IMG/VR virus record: IMGVR_UViG_3300050821_018577
Location: 1-64,000 of that record
Strand: one strand, 5' to 3'
From: a virus
DNA length: 64,000 nt
How positions within the stretch are numbered: position 1 is the first letter of the stretch; each line of letters opens with the position of its first letter. Under the pieces are notes generated by a model that worked only from the letters and a program-made list of their open reading frames with translations, ran no database searches and was not told the DNA's origin. Position numbers and translations under genes: made by a program. This document shows positions 60,293-64,000 of the stretch, in pieces.

Positions 60293-61196
60293 TCACGGCA
60301 GCAGCAACCCTTTCACCTGCGCACTCTCGAATGGTTCGACCATCTGCGTCACCAGGTTGAACCGGTCAAAGCACAGTCCCAGGGCCATCGCGCAGTTTAT
60401 CGGAACCGGCCCATCGAAACACGCCGTTAAACTCAGGAATGAAATCCACGTTGCATTGCGGGCACCAGAGATGTCCCTGGTACTCCGACCAATCGGGATC
60501 TGTGTGGCCGCAGCCGTGAAAGGCAATCTCGTATTGCCGCGGCCGTTGTAGGTAGACCCAGGTACGTTTTTCGAGTTTCATGACGATGATTTGAATTGGG
60601 GATGTGAGACGCCGCTTTTCGGGCATTTGCGCGCCCATTCCAACGGCTTGCTCCACGAAGAAATAATACCCAGGTCCCGGACTATTCACGGTAGAGAGAA
60701 TTCTCCAGTATGTTTCCGGTTCGCTCATGCGCCTAAAAATATCGCCTTGGCGCAGGTCGTCCCACTCAACTGACTCCCATTCGCGTCGGCGAATCACCAC
60801 GCGCTCGAACTGTTCATCAAGCGGTTTGTGTCCTGCGGCTGGATGTGCGACCGTGTACAAATCGCCGCAGGAGTTAGGAACAACTTGCACCACGACTGCG
60901 GTTCCAATGTGCCACAGGCGCTCGTAAGGATCGAAAGCCATTTGCCCGGGCTCGAGCGATGTGTCGTATTCCCAACGCACCGTGCGCCGCGCGCGTTCAA
61001 AACATACTTCGGTATGGGTGTAACAGACCGGAACTTCGAGCAACGCTACCGAGTGGTCCCCGCACAGATGGCAATGATTTTCATCCATCGGCGCGTAAAC
61101 CCAGCGTGGCCTCGCTTGTGTTGCAGGCGCAAAATGCAGCGCCCAAAAGCCGGCAGCCGCTTTGGCGATCGAGGTGAAAAAGCTACGGCGTTTCAT
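60293..61196 (-). CDS. mosaic ORF with Tat-like N-terminus and apparent +1 frameshift near the 3' end
   Basis: MKRRSFF start at 61196; frame stops at 60366; +1 shift at GTG TTT CGA gives ..NGVFDGPVPINCAMALGLCFDRFNL to 60293. Confidence 0.5.
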
Positions 61197-61384
61197 GGTC
61201 CAGTCCTTATGCCGCACCCAGCCCGTAATTTCCAGAGCGTGTACGGCGTGAAAAGAAGCGCGGCGGCCCTTTGCCACTTCTGCCGCGCTGTCCATGCAGG
61301 CATCTCGTCGTTGAGGCGAGAAAAACAAAATATCCCGGAGCTGACTGCCATTTGAAGCCACAAGAAAATTGCTAGGTATTTCAT
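61193..61384 (-). CDS. small membrane protein
   Basis: hydrophobic; ATGA overlaps. Confidence 0.5.
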   Translation of the reverse strand: MKYLAIFLWLQMAVSSGIFCFSRLNDEMPAWTARQKWQRAAALLFTPYTLWKLRAGCGIRTGP

Positions 61385-61635
61385 GGTTTCGCCGCTTTTT
61401 TCCACCCGACGATTTGTGGATCGCTGATTCCAGCCTTGGCGAAACCGTCCAGTTGCTCCTGCAATTTCCCGCGCACCCGCGCCAGCTCGTCTGCGGTCGT
61501 GCATGTATTCCGACATGCGGAATGTGCTCGACTACTTTGAACATGCCAACTGGATGTTTTCGCTTCGCCCGGAGTGTTGGCGATTCTGTCGAAGATGGCG
61601 TTGTCAGGTTCGCGTTCAAATCGTGCTTCGCTCAT
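61381..61635 (-). CDS. hypothetical protein
   Basis: GGAGG RBS; ATGA overlaps. Confidence 0.55.
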   Translation of the reverse strand: MSEARFEREPDNAIFDRIANTPGEAKTSSWHVQSSRAHSACRNTCTTADELARVRGKLQEQLDGFAKAGISDPQIVGWKKAAKP

Positions 61636-61940
61636 GGTTGCGCCTCCGAATGCCGTACCCCAGCCCGGTACAACTCCGCGCGTATGCTCTGGAAATGTTG
61701 GTAGCGGTGCGCATCCGGCTCGGTTCGTTCCACTTGCTCCAGAGCCTCAAGGGCAAAATCGGTCCGCTCAATTCCCTCGGCTTTTAGTTCCTCAAGGCAT
61801 TCTAAAATTAACCCAGCCATCTCCGCCGGCGTCAATACCACCTTGGGCCGAAACAACGGACACCACCGGTCCAGCCATATCAGGAATTTCACTTCCCATC
61901 TGGCTAATCGCTGGTAATAAAATCTCCACCGCTCGGTCAT
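61632..61940 (-). CDS. hypothetical protein
   Basis: ORF coupled to next gene. Confidence 0.55.
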   Translation of the reverse strand: MTERWRFYYQRLARWEVKFLIWLDRWCPLFRPKVVLTPAEMAGLILECLEELKAEGIERTDFALEALEQVERTEPDAHRYQHFQSIRAELYRAGVRHSEAQP

Positions 61941-61948
61941 AAAATTAC

Positions 61949-63787
61949 CTATGGCGCCAACTGAGTGAGCAGTTGCCCTAATTTTGTTTTGGCCGCTTCG
62001 AGCAACGCTGGACTGTGGTTCCAGTTTTTCCAGTTTCCGGCAATCGGTTGTAGGGTGGCATTGAGAAACGCGCTTTGCCCCAAGCGGTTTAGGATGGCTG
62101 CATATTCATAATCCTGGATGCCGTCGCGAATGGCTTTTAAGCGAATGCCGGGAGCGGATTCGGTCGACCCGATAGGCCCTGGCGGGTAGAGGAAGATGCC
62201 ATCGCCGGGCCGGCTATTGCTGCCGCAGGTGGTTTCATTCACATTGTCCCAGCTAGCTTGCGCGTTGCCGTTGGTCCAGCCATCCGCGCGATAGTACAGG
62301 ATCCCGGTGGCGCCTTCGGCCCAATTCAAAAACCCTGCCTGCAGGCGCTCGTTGATGGGCGGATAGTCCACCATCCATTCTGGAGTGTTGCCGAATCCGG
62401 TGTTGCAGCTGGTGTAGCTCCACAAATCGCCGCCTGCGGTAAACGGCAAAGCCGGCCACTGCTCGAGGGCATCGAGCAGCACCCAATGGTCGACCGCGCC
62501 GTACAGGTTGGCGTCCGGGGCGTTGATGGTGAGTATCGTTTTGACGCCCGCAGAGTGCGCGTCGGCCGCCATGGTTTTTAGCGCCGGATAGGCTGCCGGA
62601 CACCCATTTAATTCATCGCCTACATAAAAATCTAACGCCACTCCGGCGGGATAGTTTCCAGCGGCTGCGGAAATTTGCGTTGCGGTCGGCGAGCTGCTCG
62701 AGGAGCCGTTACACTGAATGCCGATAAAGTAGTAGCCATCTAAGCCTGACCGGTTCAGCCCGAAGTTGGCGACGTCAAAGGCCGCGTTGGCTGCCGCGTC
62801 ATACCGGCTCATCACCTTGTTGCGCATCAGCGCATCCGCCAGGCTGGTTACGGTGTTTCCCGAAGCCGGATTCCAAAGCGTCCATTCGGAAAGCTCCGTG
62901 GGCTTGAGCGGCAGCTCGAAATTCCATACCGTCAGGCTGACCGGCACCAACACCGTGCCTTGCGTGGCAGTGACAGAAATGGTTCCCGTGTAGACGCCTG
63001 GCGGCGCTGCCAAGCCTCGCGGGATCGCAATATCAATCCAATACGGCTGGTTTTTTCCCGCCGCTACGGTGGCGTTGCAAGCCTTGAGCGTGGCTGTCGT
63101 TGCACACAGCGGCGAGCCCGTTTCCGGGTCAGTGAAAGGGATCAGCGGCTCCGCGTACGTTCCTGAACCGAGTGGCGGATTGCTGCCGCCGCCGTAATTG
63201 TTGGTTCCCGTCACGGTCAGGAAATATTCGCGATAGACTGTGACGGCGGAAGCGGGGATCGTTGCTGGCCCGGTTAACGCCGAAGCTGTCAGATTCACAT
63301 TGCCCACTGGACCTGCCACAGCAATTTGTGCGTCCACGGTTTCTCCGCGTCCGCCCGATACAGTAATCCCCGATACGGTCCCTGGGCTGTCCACCAATCC
63401 CACGCGCGAGGTGCCATCTACAACCCACACCGGATAGGCCGCTGGTGGCGGAGGAGGCGGCACCGTTTGCCGGAATATCGAAACGGTGAATGCCCCTGTT
63501 TGTGGAAATTGCACCACCGCCGTCAGCGTCGTCGAATTCAGGAAAGTCGTGGTCCAATTGGTCGGCGTTATACACGGTGTCGCACAAGTTTCCACTATGT
63601 CCCCGGGTAAAAAACCCAAACCCGTTACCGTCAGCGTCACGCTCGTTGCCGCCGCCACCGTCCCAGGAGTAACACCGCTCACCGTTGGGTTGGCCACTAC
63701 CGTCACTGTTTGACCGAACGTTGCTGGGGCTAGTAAGCATAAAAAAGCAAAACATAAAACGGACCGGGATCTCGAATGAATGGTCAT
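61949..63787 (-). CDS. secreted DUF4091/GH123-like protein with N-terminal Ig-like domain
   Basis: signal peptide; LTVWNFELP; GILYY; GDGIFLYP...IRLKAIRDGIQDYEY. Confidence 0.75.
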   Translation of the reverse strand: MTIHSRSRSVLCFAFLCLLAPATFGQTVTVVANPTVSGVTPGTVAAATSVTLTVTGLGFLPGDIVETCATPCITPTNWTTTFLNSTTLTAVVQFPQTGAFTVSIFRQTVPPPPPPAAYPVWVVDGTSRVGLVDSPGTVSGITVSGGRGETVDAQIAVAGPVGNVNLTASALTGPATIPASAVTVYREYFLTVTGTNNYGGGSNPPLGSGTYAEPLIPFTDPETGSPLCATTATLKACNATVAAGKNQPYWIDIAIPRGLAAPPGVYTGTISVTATQGTVLVPVSLTVWNFELPLKPTELSEWTLWNPASGNTVTSLADALMRNKVMSRYDAAANAAFDVANFGLNRSGLDGYYFIGIQCNGSSSSSPTATQISAAAGNYPAGVALDFYVGDELNGCPAAYPALKTMAADAHSAGVKTILTINAPDANLYGAVDHWVLLDALEQWPALPFTAGGDLWSYTSCNTGFGNTPEWMVDYPPINERLQAGFLNWAEGATGILYYRADGWTNGNAQASWDNVNETTCGSNSRPGDGIFLYPPGPIGSTESAPGIRLKAIRDGIQDYEYAAILNRLGQSAFLNATLQPIAGNWKNWNHSPALLEAAKTKLGQLLTQLAP

Positions 63788-63792
63788 AAAAA

Positions 63793-63972
63793 TTATCTGT
63801 GTTCCTCGGTGAACTTAATGGATAACTCCACAACGCACAGCGCCCCGTAAACATTTGCCAGGCACCGCAGCCTGTCGCTGCCCGCTACCGGTTTCGGTTC
63901 GTCTATCAACACAATTCCCGGTCGAATTTCAACCCCGTCTATCTTCGGAAGAATCATCTCACCGGTAACCAT
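63793..63972 (-). CDS. small hypothetical protein
   Basis: 59-aa frame translated by eye. Confidence 0.4.
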   Translation of the reverse strand: MVTGEMILPKIDGVEIRPGIVLIDEPKPVAGSDRLRCLANVYGALCVVELSIKFTEEHR

Positions 63973-64000
63973 CGCCGCACTCTACTCCCGCTCCTGTGCC

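Noticed and set aside
1-64000. Genome-wide stop-codon reassignment (TAG or TGA)
   Set aside because: Both codons terminate many genes at family-typical ends or in ATGA overlaps, and coding density is already high under code 11; only isolated in-frame stops were found.

Overview
The whole window is a segment of a large tailed dsDNA phage or phage-plasmid genome. It holds about 130 short, tightly packed ORFs with ATGA-type overlaps, arranged in alternating strand blocks, and I found no host housekeeping genes. Recognisable genes include a WGR-fused ATP-dependent DNA ligase, ParB, a clamp-loader-like AAA+ ATPase, a DUF5131 protein, several DNA methyltransferases (some partial), a vWA protein, a PurA-like enzyme, RtcB, a cyclic-phosphate receiver domain, a terminase large subunit, a tyrosine phosphatase and two secreted carbohydrate-active-like proteins of a style common in Acidobacteriota (host is inference). 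The most unusual elements are these. (1) A leftward operon at 47.0-47.7 kb in which a PTH2-like gene has an in-frame TAG at codon 3 and runs without a stop into a cluster of four tRNA-like elements, including an intact CUA amber-suppressor tRNA, a tRNA with an 8-nt anticodon loop and a 53-nt CCA-ended mini-tRNA. (2) A GGY-NN pentamer array at 47.9-48.1 kb, resembling VIPR-type guide RNAs, with no cognate protein in the window. (3) A complete phage-borne ABC transporter/OmpA cassette flanked by near-duplicate promoters. (4) A palindromic CTTAG-N3-CTAAG operator at 8 intergenic sites. (5) A shared C-terminal RRIQL-like motif on 8 unrelated proteins. (6) Two further interrupted genes, one with an in-frame TGA and one with a +1 shift. 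All functional calls come from motif recognition by eye; no database searches were run.
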